Part shown: positions 44,380 to 53,237 of the stretch, piece after piece
How positions within the stretch are numbered: position 1 is the first letter of the stretch
How the letters are laid out: every line of letters begins with the position of its first letter
From: Poseidonia sp.
GTDB taxonomy: Archaea; Thermoplasmatota; Poseidoniia; Poseidoniales; Poseidoniaceae
Assembly (NCBI GenBank): GCA_030829545.1
Contig: JAURAI010000004.1
Coordinates: 63,433 to 127,432 of the forward strand
Direction: 5' to 3'
Length of the DNA: 64,000 nucleotides
The notes under the pieces: model-generated
Told to the model about the DNA's origin: nothing
Database searches by the model: none
What the model saw: only the letters and a program-made list of their open reading frames with translations
Translations under genes and position numbers: made by a program

Positions 44380-44489
44380 GACCACGGTGACGCCCAGTGC
44401 AAGCGGAGGCCCCGTTATGTTCCTATACACTCACGACGGTGCCGACATTCTGCATCGAGTGAAATAAGCACGACGGCTGTTACGAGACT

Positions 44490-45323
44490 TCACTCTTGAT
44501 GGGCTTCCGTAGGAGTCCACCCTTCGGTATTCTCGAGGTCTTTTCGGATTTGGGACCCGATGTTTAGCGGCTCCATTGTCTGCCGCATATCATTCAAGGC
44601 CCGCTGCATGATGGCTTCACCCAATTCTTCGTGGGTTTGAGGGAGAAGTTCGGCGGCAATTTCCTGGAAAATACTCTCTGGTTTGTGTGCTCCACTGTGG
44701 TAAATGATGCGCGCCGCGTAACTTGAGTACGAAACCAAAAATGTCACGATGGCCAACAGCAAACCGATGATAATTGCAGAACCAACGATGCTTTTGACAT
44801 GCACGAGAAGAAGCATGCACCACCACGTCGCCATACCGTACATGGAGCAAACCACGAGATAATCGGGGATCATTGCCAAGCGACCAGTAGGCCCCCTTGC
44901 ACTGACAATGGCCCGGAAGTTGTCATCGTCCACAGCCGAATACACACCATGGACCACCAAAAGGCAGTTGAGATGAACGAAATTGATGACGACGATCACG
45001 CCCCCTACAATCATGGTCCACCAAGCCAAACTTGTGTAGGGAGTGGAGGCCCAGTAGAAATCCTTGGATTCTCCCGTTAACAGATTGAAGAACAAAGACG
45101 CATTCATAGCCAATACCAATACCGCAGCCAAGGTATTGACTTCCCAGACCGCTTTGTAACTCTCTTTGAGCGTTTTTCCACTCGGATAAGCCTCATTGTA
45201 GGCGTCTTTCCACAAACGACGATGGTCAATTGGATAGAACCATTCGAGAACAGGGACGAGTTTGAAGAAGTTTCGAATCGGACGGTTTTGAAACGTTTCC
45301 GAATCTTTCTCATCCTTGCTCAT
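44490..45323 (-). CDS. Hypothetical multi-pass membrane protein
   Basis: Five to six hydrophobic helices. The start is set at ATG 45323 (MSKDEKD). Confidence 0.55.
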   Translation of the reverse strand: MSKDEKDSETFQNRPIRNFFKLVPVLEWFYPIDHRRLWKDAYNEAYPSGKTLKESYKAVWEVNTLAAVLVLAMNASLFFNLLTGESKDFYWASTPYTSLAWWTMIVGGVIVVINFVHLNCLLVVHGVYSAVDDDNFRAIVSARGPTGRLAMIPDYLVVCSMYGMATWWCMLLLVHVKSIVGSAIIIGLLLAIVTFLVSYSSYAARIIYHSGAHKPESIFQEIAAELLPQTHEELGEAIMQRALNDMRQTMEPLNIGSQIRKDLENTEGWTPTEAHQE

Positions 45324-45408
45324 AGGCTTACCACAGACCTTCTCCGTTATCAAATTAAAGCAATTTTCGCGGTTTGATAACGCGGCTCTTGAACGCCTTC
45401 TGATGTGT

Positions 45409-46074
45409 TCAGAGCGGGATGTATCCGAGGCCGTAGGCTGCACCAGCTGCTACAGCAGCAAGCACGAGGAGAAGAAGTACCCGTTTTTTGTGACTTTTTT
45501 TCTTGACGGGTTGTACGACTTCTGCAACAACAAGTTCAGGAAGTGGGAGAGGAAGACCGCCTCCTGGTAGGGGGAGTGGAAGTGGAAGTCCCGGTAGCAT
45601 TGGGCCCTCGTCAGCTTCAGGTTGTACGCGATCACCCGGGTAGAGTTCATCCAAGTCTTCGAGGCCTGGTGCTTCGGGAATCGTACCGAGGATCTTGCTC
45701 CATTGTGCTTCGAGGGTTTCGCTTGATATTGGTTTTTGAAGCCAAGCCACGGCTCCTGCGGAAAATGCTGCATCGTTAGCTACGTCGGCCATACGGGCTG
45801 GAGCGACGAAAACGATGCGTTGTTCCCCTCCGTGCTCTCGCATTTCAAGTGCCGCTAGGTGACCGTCGAGGGACGGAATGTCGAGGGAGAGGACTACGAG
45901 TTCAGGGTCGAGGCGAATGTATTCGTCAACGGCTTGGTCGCCATCTTCACAATGTTCGATGATGAAATTACGTGTTTTGAATAAATTGGAGAGGCGAAGG
46001 CTCGACATTGGATTGTTGTCAACGATGAGCACTGTAGGTGCCCCTTCGTCATCAACTTCGGTTACGAGTCCCAT
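45409..46074 (-). CDS. Stand-alone response-regulator receiver (REC) domain tethered by a Pro-rich linker to a C-terminal TM anchor
   Basis: Contains TVLIVDNNP, LVVLSLDIPSLDG (phospho-acceptor Asp context) and WLQKPIS (conserved Lys). Linker is LPLPLPLPGGGLPLPLPE. Anchor is KKKSHKKRVLLLLVLAAVAAGAAYGLGYIPL. Confidence 0.7.
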   Translation of the reverse strand: MGLVTEVDDEGAPTVLIVDNNPMSSLRLSNLFKTRNFIIEHCEDGDQAVDEYIRLDPELVVLSLDIPSLDGHLAALEMREHGGEQRIVFVAPARMADVANDAAFSAGAVAWLQKPISSETLEAQWSKILGTIPEAPGLEDLDELYPGDRVQPEADEGPMLPGLPLPLPLPGGGLPLPLPELVVAEVVQPVKKKSHKKRVLLLLVLAAVAAGAAYGLGYIPL

Positions 46075-46118
46075 ACCAATCAATTCTCCGCAGGATGTTC
46101 TTGCACATCAAACAACCG

Positions 46119-46499
46119 CTATTCTTCACCCTCATCTGCCGATGTTGAGAGGTCTTCAACGGGGCCGCCTTGGGGTTGGGAAAAGGTTTCGCGGATGACG
46201 TCGCTTTGAGCTTGTTGGCTTTGGCGTTCTCGATGAAGTTGCGGCGCCTTGGTGAATTGCATTTGGAGTTCGCTGATGACCGTTCGGAGCAGTTGAACTT
46301 CCTGAGCATTGAGATTCCCATCTGTTTTTTTCTGGAACATACGTATCACTTCAATCCCTTCCTTGGCTTCGAGGAGGTCGTAGTGAAACTTGCCTTCTTG
46401 ATCAGGAAGGTAGCCCATGTGCAACATTGTTGAGCGTTGCAACATTTGAATCATTTGAAAAAAACGTGCGGAGTCTTCGTCTGCAAACATATCGGCCAT
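46119..46499 (-). CDS. DUF1844-like small acidic protein
   Basis: FFQMIQMLQRSTMLHMGYLPD...LLEAKEGIEVIRMFQKKTDGNLNAQEVQLL resembles the DUF1844 pattern, from recollection. The start is set at ATG 46499. Confidence 0.5.
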   Translation of the reverse strand: MADMFADEDSARFFQMIQMLQRSTMLHMGYLPDQEGKFHYDLLEAKEGIEVIRMFQKKTDGNLNAQEVQLLRTVISELQMQFTKAPQLHRERQSQQAQSDVIRETFSQPQGGPVEDLSTSADEGEE

Positions 46500-46537
46500 G
46501 TAACTCCCTGTGAGTGGGGGTCTTTTTGTCCTACGCT

Positions 46538-47926
46538 TCACTCAAAGAGTTGGTCAAGGAGCCATTGGGGCTCAAACTGAAGCAAGTCTTCGTAGTTTTG
46601 ACCCACTCCTGCGAATACAATTGGACGCCCTGTTGCAAAGGCAATGGAGAGCCCCGCCCCGCCTTTTGCGTCGGTATCCATTTTCGTTAATACCGCGCCA
46701 TCAAAGCGCATGATTTCTTGGAACATTTTTGCTTGTTCAACCGCATCGTTTCCTGCTAAAGAATCTCCAACGAAGAGGGTGAGATGCGGGTTGGTAACCT
46801 TCCGAACTTTGTTCAATTCGTTCATCAAATTCGTCTTATTCTGCATGCGCCCAGCAGTATCGACCAGAACGACATCAATGCCCTTTGCCTTCGCACTGTC
46901 GATGGCGTCACGAGCAATAGCAGCTGAATCGCCTCCGCGTTGGCTTGAAACACAGCGAATACCGAGGCGTTCGCAGTGGGATTCAAGTTGTTGAATGGCG
47001 CCTGCACGGAAGGTGTCACCAGCCGCAGCGATCACGCTCAACCCGTTGTTCAACAAGCGTTGTGCGATTTTAGCCGCCGTCGTTGTCTTCCCGGTTCCGT
47101 TCACACCGACCAGCATGATCACGACAGGAACGTCGCCCTTTTCGATAAAGGTCTTCACCGACGCATCAAAGTCCCAATATCCCGCTTGCAAAAGGGTGTG
47201 GAGGGCGCGTTTGAGGGCGGCTTCAAGGACTTTGGAGAGGTCTGCCCCCTTCCTCAACCTCGCGCCGATGAGGGCGTTGCGTAAACTATCGATGATGGCG
47301 CTGGTGGCTTGTTGTGAGATATCGGATTCAAGCAGAGCCCATTCGAGTTCCTCAAGCAAATCATCCAGTCCTTGTCCGGGTTTGATGACGCGTCCGCCTT
47401 CACTGACCACACCCCCTCCGAGGTCAATATCCACAGTTTTACCTTGTTCAAGTTCGATGGTGGCAGTCTTGCTCGAACCTTTTGGTGCTTGTTTGACTTC
47501 AACGAGTTGGCGGCCTGTGGTGGTTCGCATCATACTGAGGTCCACTTTGGAACCCTTTGGTCGAGCCATTTCGACCGCCCCGCGTTTTTTCATGGCTTTT
47601 TTTGCCAGAGCAGCGGCTTTCTTTCGTTCACGTTCTTGGCGTTCGAGTAATTTCCGCTCTTTCTTCGTGAGTGCGCCCCGCACCATTGGCTCGTCATCAT
47701 CCCACGTATCCCAATCATCATCGGTAGTGCCTTTCGGCTCTTCCTCGGGAATGCTTTCGACTTCCTCAAGGTCTTCCCATCCCTCTTGCGCTTCGGCCTC
47801 GACTACCTGGGGAGGCTGAAGCAATTCCTTGGCCTCTTCGGAAGATGCGTCGACGGAAAGGGCATCTTGATCGGTTTCATCCGCAACCTCGTGAATGCGT
47901 TTTCGGAATCGATCAAACAAGCCCAT
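46538..47926 (-). CDS. ftsY: Signal recognition particle receptor FtsY
   Basis: The SRP GTPase NG domain has MLVGVNGTGKTTTAAK, AAGDTFRAGAIQQL, LVDTAGR and TKMDTDAKGG. The N-terminal A-domain is acidic. Confidence 0.92.
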   Translation of the reverse strand: MGLFDRFRKRIHEVADETDQDALSVDASSEEAKELLQPPQVVEAEAQEGWEDLEEVESIPEEEPKGTTDDDWDTWDDDEPMVRGALTKKERKLLERQERERKKAAALAKKAMKKRGAVEMARPKGSKVDLSMMRTTTGRQLVEVKQAPKGSSKTATIELEQGKTVDIDLGGGVVSEGGRVIKPGQGLDDLLEELEWALLESDISQQATSAIIDSLRNALIGARLRKGADLSKVLEAALKRALHTLLQAGYWDFDASVKTFIEKGDVPVVIMLVGVNGTGKTTTAAKIAQRLLNNGLSVIAAAGDTFRAGAIQQLESHCERLGIRCVSSQRGGDSAAIARDAIDSAKAKGIDVVLVDTAGRMQNKTNLMNELNKVRKVTNPHLTLFVGDSLAGNDAVEQAKMFQEIMRFDGAVLTKMDTDAKGGAGLSIAFATGRPIVFAGVGQNYEDLLQFEPQWLLDQLFE

Positions 47927-47935
47927 GGTCTTCCC

Positions 47936-48499
47936 TCAATCATCCAATGTCAAATCATTACCGAACATCCCGCGTTTGCGTTGGCGTCGCTGTGAGGGTT
48001 GGTCCTGTGCAGGCTTTTCTACCTCTTCAGGAGGGGGGGCTGGACTCGCTGGAGGTGATGGTGTAGCCTGGGCCTGAAGTGTTTCAGCCAGCGTGTTGAA
48101 TTTTTGTGCGACTTCAGCGAGACTCGCTTCGGTTTGGTCTGCTTGCCCCTTCAATTCATCTCTCAATTGTTGAATATCTTGCCGTCGCTGGTCGGTGATG
48201 GCGTGAGCATCGGACCATGGGCGTTCTCCAAAGACACCTGCCCCCAAGTCAACCAGGGCCGTACCCTCCTTACTGCCGACATGGCGGTAGGGGAGGCTGA
48301 CGCCCGAACCAATCGGCAGATGCGTTGAAACTGACGCTTTGTCGGACGGTGCAGTCAGCGCCGAGAGTACTGACGTTGTAATCGCATGCTCTGCAAGGAC
48401 TGTGTCAACTTGTTCACGGCGGAGATTGATTTCATCGAACCGCTTGCGGAGGGCTTCAACCTCTCGGGCATGCTGTTGCAATTGATTTCGATCAACCAT
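47936..48499 (-). CDS. pfdA: Prefoldin alpha subunit with a Pro-rich/basic C-terminal tail
   Basis: Coiled coil, beta hairpins (THLPIGSGVSLPY...ALVDLGAGVFGERP), then coiled coil. It sits in the conserved LX-pfdA-ftsY context. The start is set at ATG 48499. Confidence 0.75.
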   Translation of the reverse strand: MVDRNQLQQHAREVEALRKRFDEINLRREQVDTVLAEHAITTSVLSALTAPSDKASVSTHLPIGSGVSLPYRHVGSKEGTALVDLGAGVFGERPWSDAHAITDQRRQDIQQLRDELKGQADQTEASLAEVAQKFNTLAETLQAQATPSPPASPAPPPEEVEKPAQDQPSQRRQRKRGMFGNDLTLDD

Positions 48500-48548
48500 C
48501 GTCTTCAGACCTCCCAACACCTCGGGGTAGAAGAAGGCGGTGGCGACT

Positions 48549-48821
48549 TCACTCTTCCTCTGCAGTAGCGGCGATGCTCCCGCCTTGTGCTGCGATTTGT
48601 TCGCGGAAGTGGTGGAGAATTTGGGGCTCTGTTGAAGTGCGTGGGTCGATTTCTGAGATCGACTCGATCTTGACCTTGCGGCGGCCGATTCGGTGTCGGG
48701 AGCCGAGGATTGAGTACGCGTGGTGGGTTGCGCTGTCTTCGTTATCCGCTGGGATATCAAAAGAAAACGGTTGTCGCTGGCTTCCAAAGGGTGCCGTTCC
48801 TGAAACTCGGTAGGCCTTCAT
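48549..48821 (-). CDS. rplX: 50S ribosomal protein LX (eL20/L18Ae family)
   Basis: MKAYRVSGTAPFGSQRQPFSFDIPADNEDSATHHAYSILGSRHRIGRRKVKIESISEI matches the archaeal LX pattern. The start is set at ATG 48821. Confidence 0.7.
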   Translation of the reverse strand: MKAYRVSGTAPFGSQRQPFSFDIPADNEDSATHHAYSILGSRHRIGRRKVKIESISEIDPRTSTEPQILHHFREQIAAQGGSIAATAEEE

Positions 48822-48920
48822 CAAGCCATCCGACCTGCCATCCATCCTTAAACACGCTGGCGCGACATCAGGCAAACAATTAACCGATAGTTTGAGGCAA
48901 ACCGCAAGGCTGGCAGGGCC

Positions 48921-51900
48921 ATGCGCACGGCATGGTGGCTCGTTCTCCTCTTCGTGCTCCCCCTTGCGTCTGGGTTTCATTCGCCAACTCAGTTACTTGA
49001 ACCAGAGGTTGACGGGAGTGAGGAATTACTGCGGCTCAGTGAAGGTGTATGGACTTCACAGGAATGGGTTGAGATTGAACAGTATGGCGTCGTGCCGCTT
49101 CGTATTGTAAGTCCTGAGACGTTGTTGGTTTGGCAGCCAAAGCAGTCAGTATTGCCCCCCTATGTAGAAGTGATTCCGTTCGAGGATGCGGTTTGGAAAG
49201 AAGGTTTGAGCGACGGGGGCTGGGATTTCGTTCGTCTCGTCTTTGAGCCAAACCTTCCTCGTTCCGTCAAAGAGCGGTTGTTGGCCTCTGTTGCGCTGCT
49301 TGATGCTCAACCCATTGATGGAGATGGCATCATTGAATCCATCTTACCCACCTCAGTTCAATTGAGCATTGGCTCACGTTCCGTTATTGACGACTTGCTT
49401 GATTTGGAAGGCGTCTTGTGGATTGAACCCGTCCTTACCACGAAAGCAAGAAACGGTCAAGCAAGTGCCCTTATCCAAGACGGGGCGTTTTCATCCAACT
49501 CCCTCTGGACTTTGGGGTTGGACGGGACAGGAATCATTCTCGGTGTAGCCGACAGTGGAATTGACGCAGATCATGCCTGTTTTCGCAATGCCACTGATGA
49601 TACTTCCTTGCACGCCGAAGCAAGTGCTCCCTATCCTGCCGTCGGTTTTTTTGGCGAGTCGCATCGGAAAATCTTGTTCCTTAACGATACCATTGATGGA
49701 AACGATACGCCCGGGCAGAGTGATTACAGACATGGCACCCACGTTGTTGCTTCTCTGGCCTGTCGCGACGTGTTGAGTGAGCGAAATAATACTGAGCCAA
49801 CCAACGGGAGTAGCCTTGCTCATGGGGCTCGGCTCGTCGTTCAGGACATCGTTGACGAAAGTGGATGGGCGCCCCCAAATATCGATGCGCTGCTCTATGA
49901 AGCGAGCGTGCATGGTGCGGTGGTTCATTCGAATTCATGGGGAGATGATACCACCGCTTACACCCAGCGCACGGGTCACTTCGATAGTTATGCTCGAGCC
50001 ATGCCTTGGTCGCTCGCTTTCATCGCCCCGGGAAATGGAGGACAGGGTATCCTTGAACCCGCCAACGGAAGAAACGTCGTGGCGGTCAGTGCAAGCACCA
50101 AGGATCTCTCCCCTGAACGATGGGGTTCAACCGCCTACGGACCAACTGAGGAAGGTACTGATGGCATCTTCCTTCTAGCGCCTGGGAAAAACATTCAATC
50201 AGCGAATGGCGATGGTTTCTGGGACACCAACAACGGCGGATTGAGGCTTTCTTCGGGGACCAGTATGGCCGCGCCACTAGCTGCAGGGAGTGCTGGCATC
50301 GTCCAGCAACTCTACGAAGACGGGTGGATACACGGCCCTTGGGAGCCCACAATCAATGTCAACTTGAGCGACATTCAACCCGAATGGGCTACGCCCGATA
50401 CTCGTAGTGTGGCCCTTGGTGCCGGCTTCACACCGTCGGGCCCGCTGCTACGGGCTACACTGGCCTTATCCACAACACCGCTTGAAGATGAAATTCGGTC
50501 CGGTGGAGAGGGGTCTGCCGCTCTTCACAATCCCTATGATGGGTGGGGAGTGCTCAATCTAAGCACGTTGATTGACTCGACATCGTTGACGAACGGTGAA
50601 TCGCCAGGAAGTCATCTTTGGGCTCACGACAGTTATCGATTGGACAATACCACTGTCAACGATTGGTTTGCTGAATACGCTCAAACCGATGTAGGGTTGG
50701 GTGCTTTTGAGGAAAAGCCTTGGTTCGGCCAAGGCGCCTCAGGTCCCTTTTTGCAGACTGGAGATGTATTCACTCACCGCTTTACGCCCCTTGAAAATGA
50801 ATCTGTACGGGTCCGTTTAGCCTACCCCGCCAAAGCGCAACCTGCACCCGTTGATGACCTCCAACTCCGGATTCGTCTTGATAATGGAACGGTTATGGTT
50901 GCCGATCGAATTCAAAGTGATGGCGCCCCCACTTCCTTTTACGGAAGCGTTGTCGACCTCAGTAACACATCGCTCTTCCCTCAAAGCAACGAGACCACCT
51001 TCGGGATTGATGTTCCCGCATCGTTGATCAACGGCTCCAGCTTCATTGAGGTTGAAATCGCCGCTCGTTATGTCGTGCCGGGTGGAACTCCGGGCTCTGT
51101 AGGTCTTGACGGGGACGCCGTTGGGTTCGCTCTTGTCGTGAGTGGTGTAGAACGTGATTCAGATGACCATATGGACGGGGATGGGGATGGAGTCAACAAC
51201 ATCAACGATGAGTGCCCACTGGAGAATGCAAGCCTTGCTGACGTGAACGGCGATGGATGCCTCGACGACGATGATGGAGATGGTGTCAACAACCTCAACG
51301 ACCTTTGCTTGGAGGAAGATGCCAGTGGTTTTGACGCCAATCAAGATGGGTGTTTCGATGACAGTGATGGGGATGGTGTCGTCGACCCTGTTGATGCCTG
51401 CTTGACGGTTGACCCTGCGTGGCCAGTGAATGCATCTGGATGCTACCCTGTTGATCAGACGCCTCTTCTTGTTGTAGAAGAGAGTCCCCGAAGTAACAGT
51501 ACCATCATGGACAATCTCTCCGTTGCTTGGCGTATTCTCGATGGGGATAACGACGGTTATGTGTCCAATGTCTCGGTTCGTTTCACCAACCAGCCGAATC
51601 TATCCATATTCAGTTGCAGTGGTATCGCATCTGCGCCGGGCGATTTGCACCGATGCAACTGGAGTATTCCTGGGAATTTGCCCCCCTATTATCTTCAATC
51701 GGCAACCTACGAAATCGCCGTGACGATCGAGTCAACCAATGGGTCGCCAGCGGCCATTCAGTATCCAGTTTTGACCATCGCTCGGCAAAACCTTTCCTTC
51801 GCATGGAGCAATCCCCTCAATGCGGATGATTCTGAGCCACTGACCGACGACGCAAGTATGACGGTCCAACCAATGGCGTTCATTGGAGCAATCGGTATTT

Positions 51901-52031
51901 TGTTGGGCTTCCTCGTTGGGCGAAGTTTTCGAAAATTGAATACCTCATCCAGCGACCAGCAACAGCCATATCCGCCCTTCTCAAACGCAGAACACATTCA
52001 GAGAAATGGAAGTTCCCACGAAGAGGAATAA
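48921..52031 (+). CDS. Membrane-anchored subtilisin-like serine protease (peptidase S8) with C-terminal Ca-binding repeats and Ig-like region
   Basis: Signal is MRTAWWLVLLFVLPLASG. The catalytic triad context is GVADSGIDADHACF (D), HGTHVVASLA (H) and SGTSMAAPLAAG (S). DGDGDGVNNINDECP-type repeats are present. TM is MAFIGAIGILLGFLVGRSFRK. Confidence 0.85.
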   Translation: MRTAWWLVLLFVLPLASGFHSPTQLLEPEVDGSEELLRLSEGVWTSQEWVEIEQYGVVPLRIVSPETLLVWQPKQSVLPPYVEVIPFEDAVWKEGLSDGGWDFVRLVFEPNLPRSVKERLLASVALLDAQPIDGDGIIESILPTSVQLSIGSRSVIDDLLDLEGVLWIEPVLTTKARNGQASALIQDGAFSSNSLWTLGLDGTGIILGVADSGIDADHACFRNATDDTSLHAEASAPYPAVGFFGESHRKILFLNDTIDGNDTPGQSDYRHGTHVVASLACRDVLSERNNTEPTNGSSLAHGARLVVQDIVDESGWAPPNIDALLYEASVHGAVVHSNSWGDDTTAYTQRTGHFDSYARAMPWSLAFIAPGNGGQGILEPANGRNVVAVSASTKDLSPERWGSTAYGPTEEGTDGIFLLAPGKNIQSANGDGFWDTNNGGLRLSSGTSMAAPLAAGSAGIVQQLYEDGWIHGPWEPTINVNLSDIQPEWATPDTRSVALGAGFTPSGPLLRATLALSTTPLEDEIRSGGEGSAALHNPYDGWGVLNLSTLIDSTSLTNGESPGSHLWAHDSYRLDNTTVNDWFAEYAQTDVGLGAFEEKPWFGQGASGPFLQTGDVFTHRFTPLENESVRVRLAYPAKAQPAPVDDLQLRIRLDNGTVMVADRIQSDGAPTSFYGSVVDLSNTSLFPQSNETTFGIDVPASLINGSSFIEVEIAARYVVPGGTPGSVGLDGDAVGFALVVSGVERDSDDHMDGDGDGVNNINDECPLENASLADVNGDGCLDDDDGDGVNNLNDLCLEEDASGFDANQDGCFDDSDGDGVVDPVDACLTVDPAWPVNASGCYPVDQTPLLVVEESPRSNSTIMDNLSVAWRILDGDNDGYVSNVSVRFTNQPNLSIFSCSGIASAPGDLHRCNWSIPGNLPPYYLQSATYEIAVTIESTNGSPAAIQYPVLTIARQNLSFAWSNPLNADDSEPLTDDASMTVQPMAFIGAIGILLGFLVGRSFRKLNTSSSDQQQPYPPFSNAEHIQRNGSSHEEE

Positions 52032-52152
52032 ACGGTAAGCTGCGCCTCTTTTCCTTGGCTTTGCATGGAAAATTCTCCTCAAATTATCAAGGTGAACCTT
52101 GAAGGATGATGGCGAACTCGCCAATATGTCCGCAAGTCGGAAGGTGAATGAA

Positions 52153-53157
52153 ATGAGTGACCGCCTTTATGTTGGAATTGACCTAGGAACCTACCAATCT
52201 ACCATCGCTTCAAGCGCTGATAAGATGCATACAATCGAAACCGTCGTTGGCCGTCCAAAGGACGCCGTGGCCCGTAATTTCCTCGGCCGAGACGTGTTGT
52301 TCGGCGATGATGCATTGAAGAACAAGCTCGCTTGCAACCTTTACCGCCCTATGGCTGCTGGTGTTACTCAAGATGACGAGGCAAATTTGGCTGCTGCCAA
52401 GGCTTTCGTTTCCCACCTCCTTGAAACCGTTGACCCGGAAGAATACGACGAGGTTCTGGGAGTTATTTGCTCGCCAAGCCACGTTTCCTTCACTGACAAA
52501 TCCAATCTTGTCGCCACCCTACGTGGTCAAGTGAACGCCATCATGGTCGTGACTGAACCCTTCGCTACCGCCTATGGAATCGATGAAATTGCTGGTTCAA
52601 TCGTTGTTGACATCGGCGCCGGTACAACCGACATCGCACGAGTCTACGGAACCTTCCCTACCGATGAAGACCAAGTCACCATCACCGAAGCCGGCGACTG
52701 GCTTGACCTCCAACTCATGGAGCTCATCAAGAAGAAGTACACCGGTGCACAAGTGACCAAAGACATGGTCCGTAAGTGGAAAGAGGAGTCGTCCTACGTT
52801 GGCGGCGACACTCGCGAAGTAACTGTCAAGCTATCCGTTGAAGGCAAGCAGCAAGTCGTTGACATCGGCGATTTGATTCAAGAGGCATGTGGATTGATTA
52901 TTCCAAAAATCGGAAACGCCATCAAGAAGATCGTCGCTGGCGCTGACCCCGAATACCAACCAATTCTTCGCAACAACATCATCCTCTCTGGTGGCGGCTC
53001 CCTGATTGAAGGAAGTGCTGAGCGAATCGCAAGCGAGATTGCCGACATCGGTGATGTCAAGGTTTGGTGCGTCGAAGACCCCATCAACTCAGTCGCCATT
53101 GGTGCACTCAAACTCGCCAGTGATATGCCTGATGACATGTACACCTCAATCAATTGA
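52153..53157 (+). CDS. Actin-superfamily filament ATPase, MamK/MreB-like
   Basis: Contains phosphate-1 (LYVGIDLGTYQS), VVGRPKD (MamK-like), phosphate-2 (IVVDIGAGTTDIA) and the adenosine motif (IILSGGGSLIEG). A GGAAGGTGA SD-like element precedes ATG 52153. An alternative start is at 52126. Confidence 0.8.
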   Translation: MSDRLYVGIDLGTYQSTIASSADKMHTIETVVGRPKDAVARNFLGRDVLFGDDALKNKLACNLYRPMAAGVTQDDEANLAAAKAFVSHLLETVDPEEYDEVLGVICSPSHVSFTDKSNLVATLRGQVNAIMVVTEPFATAYGIDEIAGSIVVDIGAGTTDIARVYGTFPTDEDQVTITEAGDWLDLQLMELIKKKYTGAQVTKDMVRKWKEESSYVGGDTREVTVKLSVEGKQQVVDIGDLIQEACGLIIPKIGNAIKKIVAGADPEYQPILRNNIILSGGGSLIEGSAERIASEIADIGDVKVWCVEDPINSVAIGALKLASDMPDDMYTSIN

Positions 53158-53237
53158 TTCGGTGTCGAAAAAAGGGTCTGAAATACGCCCTCATCGCCCC
53201 TGTCGTGGCGGGAAGGTTCAAGTGTAGTCAATCGGGC

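Noticed and set aside
43900-44499. 199-aa plus-strand ORF overlapping the 132-aa minus-strand ORF
   Set aside because: Its R/C/H-rich start and V/F/A-rich body look non-coding. The minus-strand frame was kept, though only at low confidence.
46995-47819. 274-aa plus-strand ORF
   Set aside because: It is antisense to ftsY, whose SRP-GTPase motifs are unambiguous. The product is S/R/P-rich.
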